A stretch of 64,000 bases of DNA from Candidatus Multivoradales bacterium (GTDB lineage: Bacteria > Acidobacteriota > Thermoanaerobaculia > Multivoradales > J023), in assembly GCA_965248925.1 (NCBI GenBank), contig CBDFLE010000006.1, positions 736,001 to 800,000 of the forward strand, given 5' to 3'. How positions within the stretch are numbered: position 1 is the first letter of the stretch; every line of letters begins with the position of its first letter. Below are positions 37,363 through 48,087 of this stretch, piece after piece. A model generated the notes under the pieces. It saw only the letters and a list, made by a program, of their open reading frames with translations, was not told where the DNA came from and searched no databases. The translations under genes were made by a program, and so were the position numbers.

Positions 37363-40300
37363 CTAGTAGCACAGAGCCTCCAGAGCCAGCCCTGCCTTTG
37401 ATCTGCTCTTCCTCGCAACAAGTAGTGTTGAAGCAGAATAGTTCAACGAGGTCAGCGCCAGCGTCACACTGATAGTCAAAGTAATCACCAAGGCTCCAAT
37501 TCTCTATAGAGCTGTCCAAGATGTTACTATTGCCAGATCCTGGAAACCCTATGGAGTATCCGCCGTTTGGGTCGTAGAGATAAGGGGCTGGTGAGTTGCA
37601 CTGAGGGTCGCTCCCGCCGCCGCATCCGCCAGCAATAAAAAGCGCGGAATGGGAGCCTGCATAGATATTGGTCCCGCCAATTCCTGCCACTTTCACTCCA
37701 GAAATCAATACGCAGGTTAGAAGACCTAGCGGATCTGATAAGACTGTTGGAGATTGTCTGCCGTATGAGAATCCATTGGACCCTGAAAGCAGAATGCTGA
37801 CAGGGTCTTGTCGTTTGAAGGTGCCGCCTATTGCGTCATACCATCGGTGGACATTGTAGTGAAGACCGCTGGCCGTCTCCCAGGCTGCGTCTTCCCACTG
37901 CCCAGGGAAGCGCAAGAACACCTCATTGCTTCCAGCGGCCGCATAGTCCTGCCCAAACGGCTCGAACCCTCCGGTCCATGCTGGTGAACCCGCTCCGGTT
38001 GAAACGAGAACAGGTGTCCCAAGATGGTTGGCGGTTAGGTTGCTAAGGCCGCTGCCGTCAGTTTGAGCCACAGGTCTACGATCGAAGGAGAACACAGCGT
38101 TCGCACCGCTGGTACCGATGCGCCCTAGCAACATTCCGCCGGAGTTGTAGGATGCTTGGGTTGAGATCTGGGCCATGCAGCTACTCGCTCCCGGATCACC
38201 CCAAGCGCTGATGTCGCCGCTTTCAAAGCCATCGCAGAAGAGAGCGTTGCCCGAAGTGTCGGGCTCGCGGCCGACCGCTTGGCGTAGGTAGCTGCGACCG
38301 TCGTACAGCATTTCCGAGCTGGTCTGTGCCGAAGGGTGATCGATGGCTGACAGGCGGCCTGCATCATCGAAGGTGTAGGTCACGGGGTCGCCGTTCTCGT
38401 CGACGCCGATTTGGTTGCCGGCTGCATCGAAGGTGTAGACGCGACTGCCACCCGCACCGAGTGCAATCTGATCGAGTTTCGCGGTGTTGCCGCTCGCGGC
38501 AGCGTTGGCGAGGTATTGATAGCTGTCGGTGGCGCCGTCCCGCGTTTCGCTGAGACGGTTGCCGATTTTGTCGTAGGCCCAGGTCAGAGCGCCCCAAGGG
38601 CCATCGCCCTGGGTAAGGAAATACTGGTAATCCTGGTGGGCGTAAATGCGGTTGTTCAGCGGGTCGAGCAGATCACCGATGGCGGTGATGTTGCCGACCC
38701 CATCGGTGGTGTAGTCCCAGTCGAGCAGGGTGCCGCCGGGGCCAACGGCTGTGATGCTGGCGGGCCGGTAACGGCTGTCGTGCTGGCGGCTTTCGGTGAC
38801 GCCATTGCCGCGTGTCAGCTGGCGCAGTGGGCCAATCGGTTGGTAGAGGGCTCCCGTGACGATCGATTGGATGCCCTGGCCTGGCACCTCGGCGTCGAGG
38901 GTCAGGTGACGGTCAGCGTGATCGAATGTGTAGATTGCCCTCACTCCACCAGGATACAGGATCTCGCTCTTGTTGCCGTTGGCGTCGAAGGCGTAGGCCA
39001 GCTCGCCGTCTTGAGTCATGCGCCCGAAGCGATCGAATTTGTAGTCGATCGGCTGGCCATCTCGTTCGATCTGGGTGAGTCGGCCGAGGCTGAAGGGCAC
39101 CTGCGGATCATCGTAGGTGTAGGTCACGTCGAGGGTGTCGTCGGGGCAGTCGACCAGGGTGACCCGATCTAGCTCATCGAGAGTGCGCTGAGTGGCAATG
39201 CTGCGATCGTCGATGGTCTGGGTGAGTCGGCCGTGCTCATTGTACAAATGGCTTGTCACGCCAGATACCTCGGAGGTCTCGCCGGTCAGCAGATCTCGAT
39301 CGCTGTAAACGTAGCTGGTCACTGTGCCTTCGGCATCAGTGACCGCGGTCAGATGATCCTGAACGTCAAAGCCGTAGGCCGTTACGGCTTGGCCACCTGC
39401 TGCGCCGCCGAATGGCTGGCTGACGGTGATCAATCGGTCGAGTGGGTCATAGGCGTAGAGCGTACTGGCTGGCGCAGATTGACCCGCCGATGGATGGTTG
39501 GCGTCCCAGAGGCGTTCGATGTCACCATCGCAGTTGTAGGCGTACTCGGTGATCGCCTGCTCGGGGCTGCCCGCGCCTTCGATCATCTGGTCGAGATGAC
39601 AGCGGGTCGAGTACAGGTAATCGGTAGTCGACGCACTCGTCCAGCTCGCGCCGTCCCAGCTTTGTAGCTCTTCGCGAACCCGGTGACCGAAGCTATCGAG
39701 GGTGTAGAAGGTGCGCTCGATGTGGCTGCCGGGCAGGTCATCGGGCTTGCGTTCGATCGAGGCAAGTCGGCCTGCGGAATCGTAGGAATATTCGAGCACG
39801 TTGCCGCGCGGAAGGACGGTTTGGAAGAGATCGCCAAAGACCGTGTAGCGCTGCTCAGTGATCAGGTCTTCGGCCAGTTCCGTGCCTTTCTGGATGCTGA
39901 ACAGAACACGATTGAGCGGGTCGTACTGCGTTTCGCTGGCTACCCCGTTGGGGTCGGTGACTGAAGTTCGGCGGTTGAAAGGGTCATAGCCGAAGAGAGT
40001 GCTACCGATTAGCGGATCGGTGCGACTGGCCAGCACCAGGCCGCCACGGGCAGCGTCCCAGGCGCTGGTGGTGACATCGGCGGTGCCATAGCCGGGTGAA
40101 TCGCGGTCTTCTGGCTGGCCCTCGGCGGTGTAGGTGGTCGTGGTGGTGTAGCTGAAGACCTGGCCGTCTTCTACCCCTTCGTCGATCCGGTCGGTGGCGT
40201 TGCCCTGGCCGCTGAGGGTGAAGGTAGTGCGGCGGAAATCGAGGGGGTTGCCGGTGGTCGAGGGACGCTCGATCTCGGTGATCAGCGCCGGGTAGGTGAG

Positions 40301-42444
40301 GTCGCGCTGCCAAGTGGTCTCGCGCTCCTCCGCCGTGCCCAGAGCTTCGACACGGGAGATTGCTTGGCCGTTGGCGTCGTAGGTGGTCAGGGTCGTGGTG
40401 CCGCCGCCATCGATCTGGCGAGTGGGGCGCAGGGGGTGCGCCGGATCTTCATAGAACAGCCGGCTGTTGGGGCCAGTGCCGCAGCTCGGGCAAGAGCCTT
40501 CGAGCTGCTCCAGGCGAGGCTTGCGGCTCTCGGAGTCGCGACCCAGGGTGTAGGTGGAGATCTCGCCCATCGGGTCGGTGACCGTGGTGACCATGGGCAG
40601 CTGGGGATCGTCGAAGCTCATCGACCAGCGATCGACGGCGCCAGCGTCGTTGAAGTTAGCGGCGCCTTTCCACATTTGCACTACATTGCCAAATGGGTCA
40701 TAGGCCCAGGAGCCCGCGATCCGCTCGCTAGCGTTTGTACCCGCCAGGCTCATTCGGGTCATGTAGCCCGGCAAGGTTGGGTCATCGTAGAGGAAAACCC
40801 AGGCGGTGCCGTCGGGTCGGTCGATGCGGGTGAGGTCTTGGCCGGTGTAGGTGTAGCCCCAAGTGCGGCTGGTGGTGCTGTCGATGCCGGGTGGTCGAGG
40901 ACCATAGGCCGGTGTCGTCGAATTGCATCAGGGTGCCGTCTAGATCGAGCAGGGTCCAGCCGGTCGGGGTCTTGGTCAGGGTGCGGTACTCATCGCTGGG
41001 AATCGTGCGGTCGTAGTCCCCATCCATGTCCAAGTCCGTAAAGCGACGGAAAGTAGCGTAGCGAGTGAGCAGCCAGACGTTGCTGTCGTCGGGGTCGCGA
41101 GCGATTCTCTCGGCGTAATCGTGGCTCCAATAGCGCCCCAACTCGGCGGTGATGCCGGCTGAGCCGGGGTAGGTCGGATGGCCAACGCCTCCCGCGTGGT
41201 AGCGCAGTAGGGCGCCGGGGCCGCTCTGCGGCGGCGAGGCGCCTCCGCCTCCACCACCGGCGCTACCGCCTATTCCGCTGCCACCACCGACGCAAGAGGA
41301 GCATTCTTCATCTTCCGGGCAGCCGCTAGGCGGGGGCGGGGGTGGACAGAGGGGCGACAGGCTGAAGTCGACTACTTGGGTGGTTTCTTTCGGGCAATGG
41401 GGACAGAGGCCGAAGGCACAGGGACAGGCGGTGGCGGTGATCGTGTAGCTGGCCATCAGGTCGCTGCAAGAGCTGGTGATGCCCCAGCTCAAGGTACCGT
41501 GATCTTCCTCGATCACCGCGCCCGAGAGACCGCAGGTGCCCAGGGTACCGCCGCCGCTGGGGGTCACCGTGACGGTGGCGAAGCTGTACAGGAAGCCCGA
41601 GGCGCTGGGATCGTTCTGGTGGTTTCCGGCGAAGTCGATCGGCACTTCGATGGTGATGGCACAGGATTCGATAGCCGGGTCGCAGCCAGCCTCGGGGGTG
41701 AAGGTGGCGCCGGAGATGACCGGCGTGTAGCAGCGGGAGCCGGTGGAGCAGTTCGAGGGTTGGTCAGCGAAGAGTCCTTGTTCGAGGTAAGTGAGGACGC
41801 CGCTGCAGGAGGTGCCGGCTTGGGCGTTGAAAGCGATGACGGCGATAGCGATGTTCACGATCGGACTCCTGAGCTGCATCTGGATACTCTCCTCGCTGGT
41901 TTGGCTCTCCTCGCAGATTTTTAGCTAGCTTCCATTCTCAGTTTCTGTGCCTTTCTCTTTTCTTGGCGATCTTCGCCAGATTCGCTGCTGGATGACGGCG
42001 TTAGCTCTTTGGTTCACGGCGGGGGGCCGATCCCGTGACTAAGAGTTGTCCAGAGAATACACTAAATACAGAGATTAATCTCTTTGGGGTGGTGATTCTC
42101 TAATCTGTACTTCGGCAAGTTGAGTTCAATGCCTCCTCGCGGTTTGGCGCTTGATGGTGTCTGACCACGGCCAGCGGACGGTTTCGCGCCGCGCATCTGA
42201 ACTGCGATTGCCTGACCCCGGCCCTGCCGTAGGCTGAGGCCACGATCCCCCTTCCAAGAAGGCCGGGAGGATCGCCCAACACCCCGCTGCTGGCGTCGCT
42301 ACGCTGGCGGCCAGCACCTCATGGAGCGCTGGGCGCTCCGGTGGGGGAAGGAGTACCAGATGAGTGCAACTAGAACAGAGATCTCAGGACTCTTGGATAG
42401 GTCGCCGCAGCACGGCATGATCATTACTCCGAGCGGCTAGCGCC

Positions 42445-44055
42445 TCAAACCGGCCGCGCTCCGCAGGGAGGCAGACCTAAACACTGGCCCCGTCGGAGTT
42501 CGGACTGGGCGGTTTCGATCGCTGCTATCGTCAGGCCCGCGGCGGAGTGTTGGATGGCGCTCAGCTGCTGCAACGCTGCGGCGGCGATGCGGTTGCTCTT
42601 GCGCGGTTCCAGCAGGCGGCCTACATGATTTGCAGCCTCGTGGGCTGCCACTACTTTGCCGCGCTCCAGCAACACGGATAGCAGGTCGAGGGTCACCAGA
42701 GACCAGTCGAAGACGTTGATCGGCCAAAGCAGTTCCTGAGCCTGACGCAAGAGGGTCTCGGCTGGAGCAAGATTGCCCAGCTTGCGCCCGATAACGCCAC
42801 GAAACCAACACATGGTGCCACGACTGAAAAGATCAGAGGCTGTGATGAAAGCCTCAGCTTCAGCGAGCTGATCCAGAGCTTCCTCTGGGCGTTCTTGAGA
42901 TAGCGCCACATGTGCAAACCCCTGGCGAGCGGCGGCGTGATGTCGATGGTCGGAGGGGCAAAGCAGTCCTACACCAATTTGGAAGTTCGACCTAGCCTTG
43001 TCCAGATCTCCCACCAGAACCAGAGCGACACCCCGGTCGATGTGGGCCTGACCTAGCTTGTGTGGGTCAGCCTCTTCCTGGAAGACTCGCAGCGCTTCGG
43101 CGTTAACACTTAGAGTTTCTGGATAGCGAGCGTACGACTGGAGCAGGGTTGCCATCCGCTGCAGGAGGTCACCCCGCACAGCTGGCGAGGCTGTGTCGCA
43201 GACTAACGCCATGGCTCTGGCCGCTTCCTCATGGCTGGCAGCCAGTCGACGAGCGGAAGCGAAGACGCCTGTAGCGCTGGCGAAGGCGTCGCGGGCTTCA
43301 GCTGCGGGCAGCTTGGGGCATACTGATAGCGCCAGCTCGTGTGCCAAAGAAGCGGCGTTTTGGGGTTTAGAGTAGCGTAGGTCATCAAGCACTTTGGCGG
43401 CGAGACTGACGAATTCGGTGCATTCGCAATAGGGATGATGGAAGTAGTCGCGCCGCTGGTCGAGTGAGACCGCCAACATCTCTGCGAAGAGTCTCTCACG
43501 GGTGAAGTGGCGAATCGCGGGGCTGGCAACCGGCGGCGAGGCCAGACTTCCCACGCCGTGCAAGTTCTCAGCGACCTCGCGCAGTTGCTGGATCGCTGGC
43601 GGTTCGTGTCGCGGGTCCAGATGCAGGGTTTCGAGTAGCCAGCGGCCAGAGCCGACAGCTGGTGGCTCCGGCGGTGGCGGTTGTTCCAGGCCAAAGGCTT
43701 GGCCGAAGAAGTCTTCAGGTGACTCGCCAGCTTCAATAAGTATTCTCTCCAGACTCTCGACTGACATCTTTCGCTTACCCTTGATCATCCGGGAAATCTT
43801 GCCACCAGCGCCTAGGCCGGCCGCTCGTTCGATCTCTCGGATTCTGCCTCGATTCTTGTTCTTCAGCAGCGATAGCTGTCGGTAGATCGGCCCTGTAGTA
43901 GCGCCTCGCTCGATCACGGCATGGTCCGCCTGAGACTTTTCATAATGCCAAAGAGTATAGGCCATTTTCCTCGCGCTCTCTACTTGAGCGACCCCGCGAA
44001 CCCAAGGGGGTTCACCCGCTCGTTCTGGCTTGGCCGTGAGACTCGTTTTGCTCAT
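42445..44055 (-). CDS. XRE-like HTH + TPR repeat protein
   Basis: IREIERAAGLGAGGKISRMIKGKRKMSVESLERIL HTH followed by TPR-like helices. Confidence 0.7.
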   Translation of the reverse strand: MSKTSLTAKPERAGEPPWVRGVAQVESARKMAYTLWHYEKSQADHAVIERGATTGPIYRQLSLLKNKNRGRIREIERAAGLGAGGKISRMIKGKRKMSVESLERILIEAGESPEDFFGQAFGLEQPPPPEPPAVGSGRWLLETLHLDPRHEPPAIQQLREVAENLHGVGSLASPPVASPAIRHFTRERLFAEMLAVSLDQRRDYFHHPYCECTEFVSLAAKVLDDLRYSKPQNAASLAHELALSVCPKLPAAEARDAFASATGVFASARRLAASHEEAARAMALVCDTASPAVRGDLLQRMATLLQSYARYPETLSVNAEALRVFQEEADPHKLGQAHIDRGVALVLVGDLDKARSNFQIGVGLLCPSDHRHHAAARQGFAHVALSQERPEEALDQLAEAEAFITASDLFSRGTMCWFRGVIGRKLGNLAPAETLLRQAQELLWPINVFDWSLVTLDLLSVLLERGKVVAAHEAANHVGRLLEPRKSNRIAAAALQQLSAIQHSAAGLTIAAIETAQSELRRGQCLGLPPCGARPV

Positions 44056-44152
44056 TTGGGGAGCTTTTCCAACGATCTTGCCGCGCCACTTGCGACTCCG
44101 GCCAGGATTCGCCGACCCTGCGGTCTACAACGCAGGTCAAGAGGAGGCCAAC

Positions 44153-44500
44153 ATGTCCGACGAAACCAAAACCAAGAGCAAACCCCCACCTTTCGAAGAC
44201 ACCTTCTGGCGTGACCTGTTGGAGGCTAGCTTCAGAATCAAAAGAGAGCACCGGCGACTTGGCAAATTGCTCGGCATCGCTTTCGATAACAACAGCCAAC
44301 GATTGGCTGGCGGGGTCGCCAACCCCACCGATATCCCCACAGCGAAGGATCCCTGCCAGGTGTTGGTGCATTCCATGATCGTGCTCGAATTCGTGGCCAA
44401 GATCCTGCGCGACTCGGCGCGAGAGACCGGGAATGGCGGCCAAGGACCCGCTAGCCAAGCGGCAGCAGCAGCTCCGCCCAGCGACGGAGACTCGCCGTGA
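44153..44500 (+). CDS. hypothetical protein
   Basis: GAGGAGG RBS before ATG 44153. Stop overlaps the next start (GTGA). Confidence 0.6.
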   Translation: MSDETKTKSKPPPFEDTFWRDLLEASFRIKREHRRLGKLLGIAFDNNSQRLAGGVANPTDIPTAKDPCQVLVHSMIVLEFVAKILRDSARETGNGGQGPASQAAAAAPPSDGDSP

Positions 44501-45489
44501 GCCACCAGTCCCCAATCCAACTAGCGGATCTGCGCCGCGCCGGCCTGCTGGCCGCCAAGCACCAAATCCTCGCCGAACGGGCTTTGATGGAACCCTGGCC
44601 CAGCGCCCTGCTGGCGCCAATCCCACCCGGTGCCCGCTGGCAAGGCGACGAAGATCCGGCGCCGCAGTTCTACCCGCTGGGCAGATGGGGCAACCTGATC
44701 GCCGACCTACGCCAAGACAGCGATGCCTTGTTGGGCTACATGGCCGCGTCGGATGCGGATTTGTGGGAGCAGTGGGATGCCCACGCCGCCGACAGCCAAT
44801 GTCTGCCCAATTGGCGCAGAAAGAGCGGAGCTGAGGTGTGGTTGGCGACCCGTGAGCACGACCTGCGGCGGCAAACTTCCCTCGGTGCCGCCGCCCAGCT
44901 GATCAAAACCTGGCGGCTGATGCTGAGTGCTCGCGACGGCTCAGCGCCCGCCGAACTACTGGCCAGCGTGCGGGATCTGATTACCGAGTTGCTGCTCTTT
45001 GCCCGCGCACCCCAAGAACCCATTTCAATCAGCGCCCTGAGCGACTGCACCGGCGTTACGAGCCTTGGCGATAGCGCCGCACCCCGCGGCGCTGCGCCCT
45101 CCAAACCCGGTTCGGGGGTTGCCACCATGGCCCCCGAACCGGGTCCTTTTTCAACCGCTTGTAGGCAGGACTCAACAATGAAACCAGAGCGCATTCAACT
45201 CGGCATGAAAGACCTTTCTCATTGGCGGCAGCAGGGCGACTCAGCAACGTTTGTTTGCTCGCTGCAATTTGACGATCAGCAGGCGGCGCAAGATTTCTTG
45301 AAGACTATGCTGAAGATGGCGCGGAACTTGAGCGTCGACCTCGATGTCAACCTGCGCGGCCTTAGTCTCACACTGATTCTGCCAACAACCCGCGAGAAGC
45401 TCAGGGAAGGCCATCTGCTACTGGCCCGAGGGGTCGAAAGCCTGGCCGCCTTGTCCGACCAGGGCACGCGGTCTGAGGAGACGCCTTGA
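44497..45489 (+). CDS. hypothetical protein with C-terminal degenerate pterin-4a-carbinolamine dehydratase-like domain
   Basis: MKPERIQ...W...F.D...A..F...LDVNL....LTL.L...L....L.LA pattern without the catalytic HH. Coupled to both neighbours. Confidence 0.5.
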   Translation: MSHQSPIQLADLRRAGLLAAKHQILAERALMEPWPSALLAPIPPGARWQGDEDPAPQFYPLGRWGNLIADLRQDSDALLGYMAASDADLWEQWDAHAADSQCLPNWRRKSGAEVWLATREHDLRRQTSLGAAAQLIKTWRLMLSARDGSAPAELLASVRDLITELLLFARAPQEPISISALSDCTGVTSLGDSAAPRGAAPSKPGSGVATMAPEPGPFSTACRQDSTMKPERIQLGMKDLSHWRQQGDSATFVCSLQFDDQQAAQDFLKTMLKMARNLSVDLDVNLRGLSLTLILPTTREKLREGHLLLARGVESLAALSDQGTRSEETP

Positions 45490-46211
45490 ACGACTTGGCA
45501 ATATTTCCTTGTGCCGTGAGCAAGGGCGGGATGGTGGGCACCGCCGCCGACCGCTCCGCGCAGCGGTCGACGGCCAAGCTGAAGCCAAAGGACCGCTTGC
45601 TGCGGCACGGAGCGGCTGGGTTGACGGATACCGAACTGCTAGCAGTCTTGCTGCGTTACCGCTCGGCCGAGGAAGTGGCGGCGGGCCTACTGCCAACCGC
45701 TGGCGGGCTGTGGGAGCTGTTTCGCGCCCAGCGCGAGGCATTGGTTCGCAGTGGCGCCAGCGAGGGGCGAGTGGCTGTTCTGATGGCGGCGGGAGAGCTG
45801 ATGCGGCGGCTGGCTAAGGCCAAGATCAGCCATCGCCGGCTGCTCGATGAGCCCTCCGTTGTTGCTGAGTTCCTGGCCCTGGATGGCAACTACGATCAAG
45901 AGGTTCTCGGTGTGCTTCTGCTCGATGGGAAACTCAGACTGATCGCCAAGTGTGAGATTTTTCGCGGCACAGCGCACCAATCGCCGGCCACGCCAGCACC
46001 GATTCTTCGGGCCGCGATACGGCACAACGCCACTTCATTGATCGCATTTCACAACCACCCTAGTGGCGACCCTGCGCCCAGCGATCACGATCTGCTGTTC
46101 ACTCGCCAGTTGGCCGAGGCGGGTAAGTTGTTGGCAATACCCTTGGTCGATCACCTAATTCTCGGCGAATGTGGAAGTTGGGTTTCGCTGGCGCGGCGCA
46201 ATGCTTATTAG
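45486..46211 (+). CDS. radC: RadC-like JAB domain protein
   Basis: PKDRLLRHGAAGLTDTELLAVLL; HNHPSGDPAPSDHD; DHLIL. Confidence 0.92.
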   Translation: MNDLAIFPCAVSKGGMVGTAADRSAQRSTAKLKPKDRLLRHGAAGLTDTELLAVLLRYRSAEEVAAGLLPTAGGLWELFRAQREALVRSGASEGRVAVLMAAGELMRRLAKAKISHRRLLDEPSVVAEFLALDGNYDQEVLGVLLLDGKLRLIAKCEIFRGTAHQSPATPAPILRAAIRHNATSLIAFHNHPSGDPAPSDHDLLFTRQLAEAGKLLAIPLVDHLILGECGSWVSLARRNAY

Positions 46212-46238
46212 GCGGACAATTCGGCCTCTGCTGGCCAC

Positions 46239-48014
46239 TCAGCCGGCATAGATCGAGTCGATCACCACTGCCCAATTCTCTTCCACCACCCGACGTTTTA
46301 CTTTCAAGGTCGGGGTCAGCTCGCCAGCCTCCAGCGACAAGGACCGGGGTAGTACCCGAATCACTTTGACTTGTTCGACCTTGGCCAAGTGGCTGTTGAC
46401 CTCGGCCAATCCGGCGGCCAACTGGCGTTCGACTTCGACATGGGTAGGCAATTCCTCGACCTCGACACCGAGCTTGGTCGCCAGATCCGCGGCTCGGTCT
46501 GGGTCGAGGGTCAGCAAGGCGGAGATGAACTTGCGCCCATCGGCGATCAACACGGCGTCGCCCACCAGCTCGATCTGCTTGAGTGCCGACTCGATGTTGT
46601 TGGGGGCGATATTCTTGCCGCCAGAGGTGATCATGATCTCCTTCTTGCGCCCGGTGATGCTCAAGAAACCGTCTGCGAAGACCCCCAGGTCTCCAGAGTG
46701 CAACCAGCCATCCGCATCGAGCACTTCGGCGGTGGCGGCTTCTTCTTTGAGGTAGCCCAGGAACACATTCGGCCCTCGCACCCACACCTCTCCGTCTGCC
46801 GCCAGCCGCACCTCGACTTCGGGCAGTGGGGGGCCGACGGTACCAAAGCGGGTCTTCCCCGGCCGATTCCAGGTGGTCGGCCCGCAACCTTCGGACTGGC
46901 CGTAGACCTCATGGATGACAATCCCCAGACCGGCGAGGAAATGCAGCACTTCAGCGGCGATGGGCGCCGCCCCGGACGCACAAATCCTTGCCTGATCAAG
47001 CCCTAAAGCCCGCTTCACCTTGCGTTGTACCAGGCGCTCGGCAAGGCGTTCTCGGAGCCCTAGCCAAGCGCCCGGATCGAGGCCGCGGTTACGCGCCTCG
47101 GCGGACCGCTGCGCCACCCACATCGCCCAGCTGACCAGCCGGGCCTTGATCCCCCGAGTTCCTGCCATGCGCTCACTCAAGGCGGTTTGCATTCGCTCCC
47201 ACACCCGTGGCACGCCGAATACCACCGTCGGTCGCACCTCTTTCAAGTTGTCCAACATCCGCTCGATCGACTCGGCGTAGTACACCGGATAGCCAGCGTA
47301 GGTCGGTACATGGATCGACAACATCTGCTCGGCGATGTGAGCCAGAGGTAGGTACGACAACGCCCGATCTGTCGCTCTGGCGGCCAGCAAGCCGGCACAA
47401 ATGCGCGAAGTATCGAGCAAATTCGCATGCGAAAGCATCACCCCTTTGGGCGGGCCCGTGGTGCCAGAGGTGTAGATCAGGCTGGCTAGCTGGTCGGGGT
47501 CGAGGGCCGCGCGCCGGGCCTGGAGAAGCTCTTCGGACAACGAGCCCCCATGCTCTAGTAGCTGGCGCCAGGAGATCGCCAGTGGATCGTCGGGAGTCTC
47601 GTCCTCCTCCATCACCACTACCCGACGCAACGCCGGCAGCTGATCTAGGACCTGCTCGACCTTGCGCCATTGCTCGCCGTTCTCGACCACCACCACAGCC
47701 GCCTCGGCGTGGGCTAGAACGTAAGCCACCTGGCTCGGCGCATTGGTGGTGTAGACCCCGGCCGCCGCGCCCCCGGTGGCCATCGCCGCCAAAGCGCCCA
47801 GGGTCCATGGCGGACGATTGAAGCCCAACAAGCCGACACTGGAACCGGGGCCGACGCCAAAGTCGGCGAAGGCTCGTGCCGCCAGCTGCACCTCAGCCTG
47901 GCAACGACGCCAGGATGTCGGCTGCCAGATGCCGCCTTGTTTAACGAAATAGGCAGGATCATCAGGTCGCCGGGCAGCGTGATGGTCTAGGCGGTCAAGG
48001 ATCGTCGTGGTCAT
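46239..48014 (-). CDS. long-chain fatty acid-CoA ligase (AMP-binding)
   Basis: YTSGTTGPPKG, YLPLAHIAE, YGQSE, GWLHSGD, GRKKEIMITSGGKNIAP, ELTPTLK. Confidence 0.92.
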   Translation of the reverse strand: MTTTILDRLDHHAARRPDDPAYFVKQGGIWQPTSWRRCQAEVQLAARAFADFGVGPGSSVGLLGFNRPPWTLGALAAMATGGAAAGVYTTNAPSQVAYVLAHAEAAVVVVENGEQWRKVEQVLDQLPALRRVVVMEEDETPDDPLAISWRQLLEHGGSLSEELLQARRAALDPDQLASLIYTSGTTGPPKGVMLSHANLLDTSRICAGLLAARATDRALSYLPLAHIAEQMLSIHVPTYAGYPVYYAESIERMLDNLKEVRPTVVFGVPRVWERMQTALSERMAGTRGIKARLVSWAMWVAQRSAEARNRGLDPGAWLGLRERLAERLVQRKVKRALGLDQARICASGAAPIAAEVLHFLAGLGIVIHEVYGQSEGCGPTTWNRPGKTRFGTVGPPLPEVEVRLAADGEVWVRGPNVFLGYLKEEAATAEVLDADGWLHSGDLGVFADGFLSITGRKKEIMITSGGKNIAPNNIESALKQIELVGDAVLIADGRKFISALLTLDPDRAADLATKLGVEVEELPTHVEVERQLAAGLAEVNSHLAKVEQVKVIRVLPRSLSLEAGELTPTLKVKRRVVEENWAVVIDSIYAG

Positions 48015-48087
48015 CGGCAAGTCCTCCAGTCTGGCCTCTGGTTGGATAGGCAAACCCGGCGGTAGCCGCGGCACCCGACCCACCAGC

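Larger units (their letters stand above)
35698..41879 (-). pseudogene. Rhs/YD-repeat polymorphic toxin, disrupted by a frameshift (about 40890) and an IS insertion
   Basis: Signal peptide and Cys-rich N-terminus, GRYWSHDY, many YD repeats, LRFPGQW, HYNVHRWYD, PTVLSDPLGL cleavage motif. The frame resumes after removing the IS. Confidence 0.88.
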
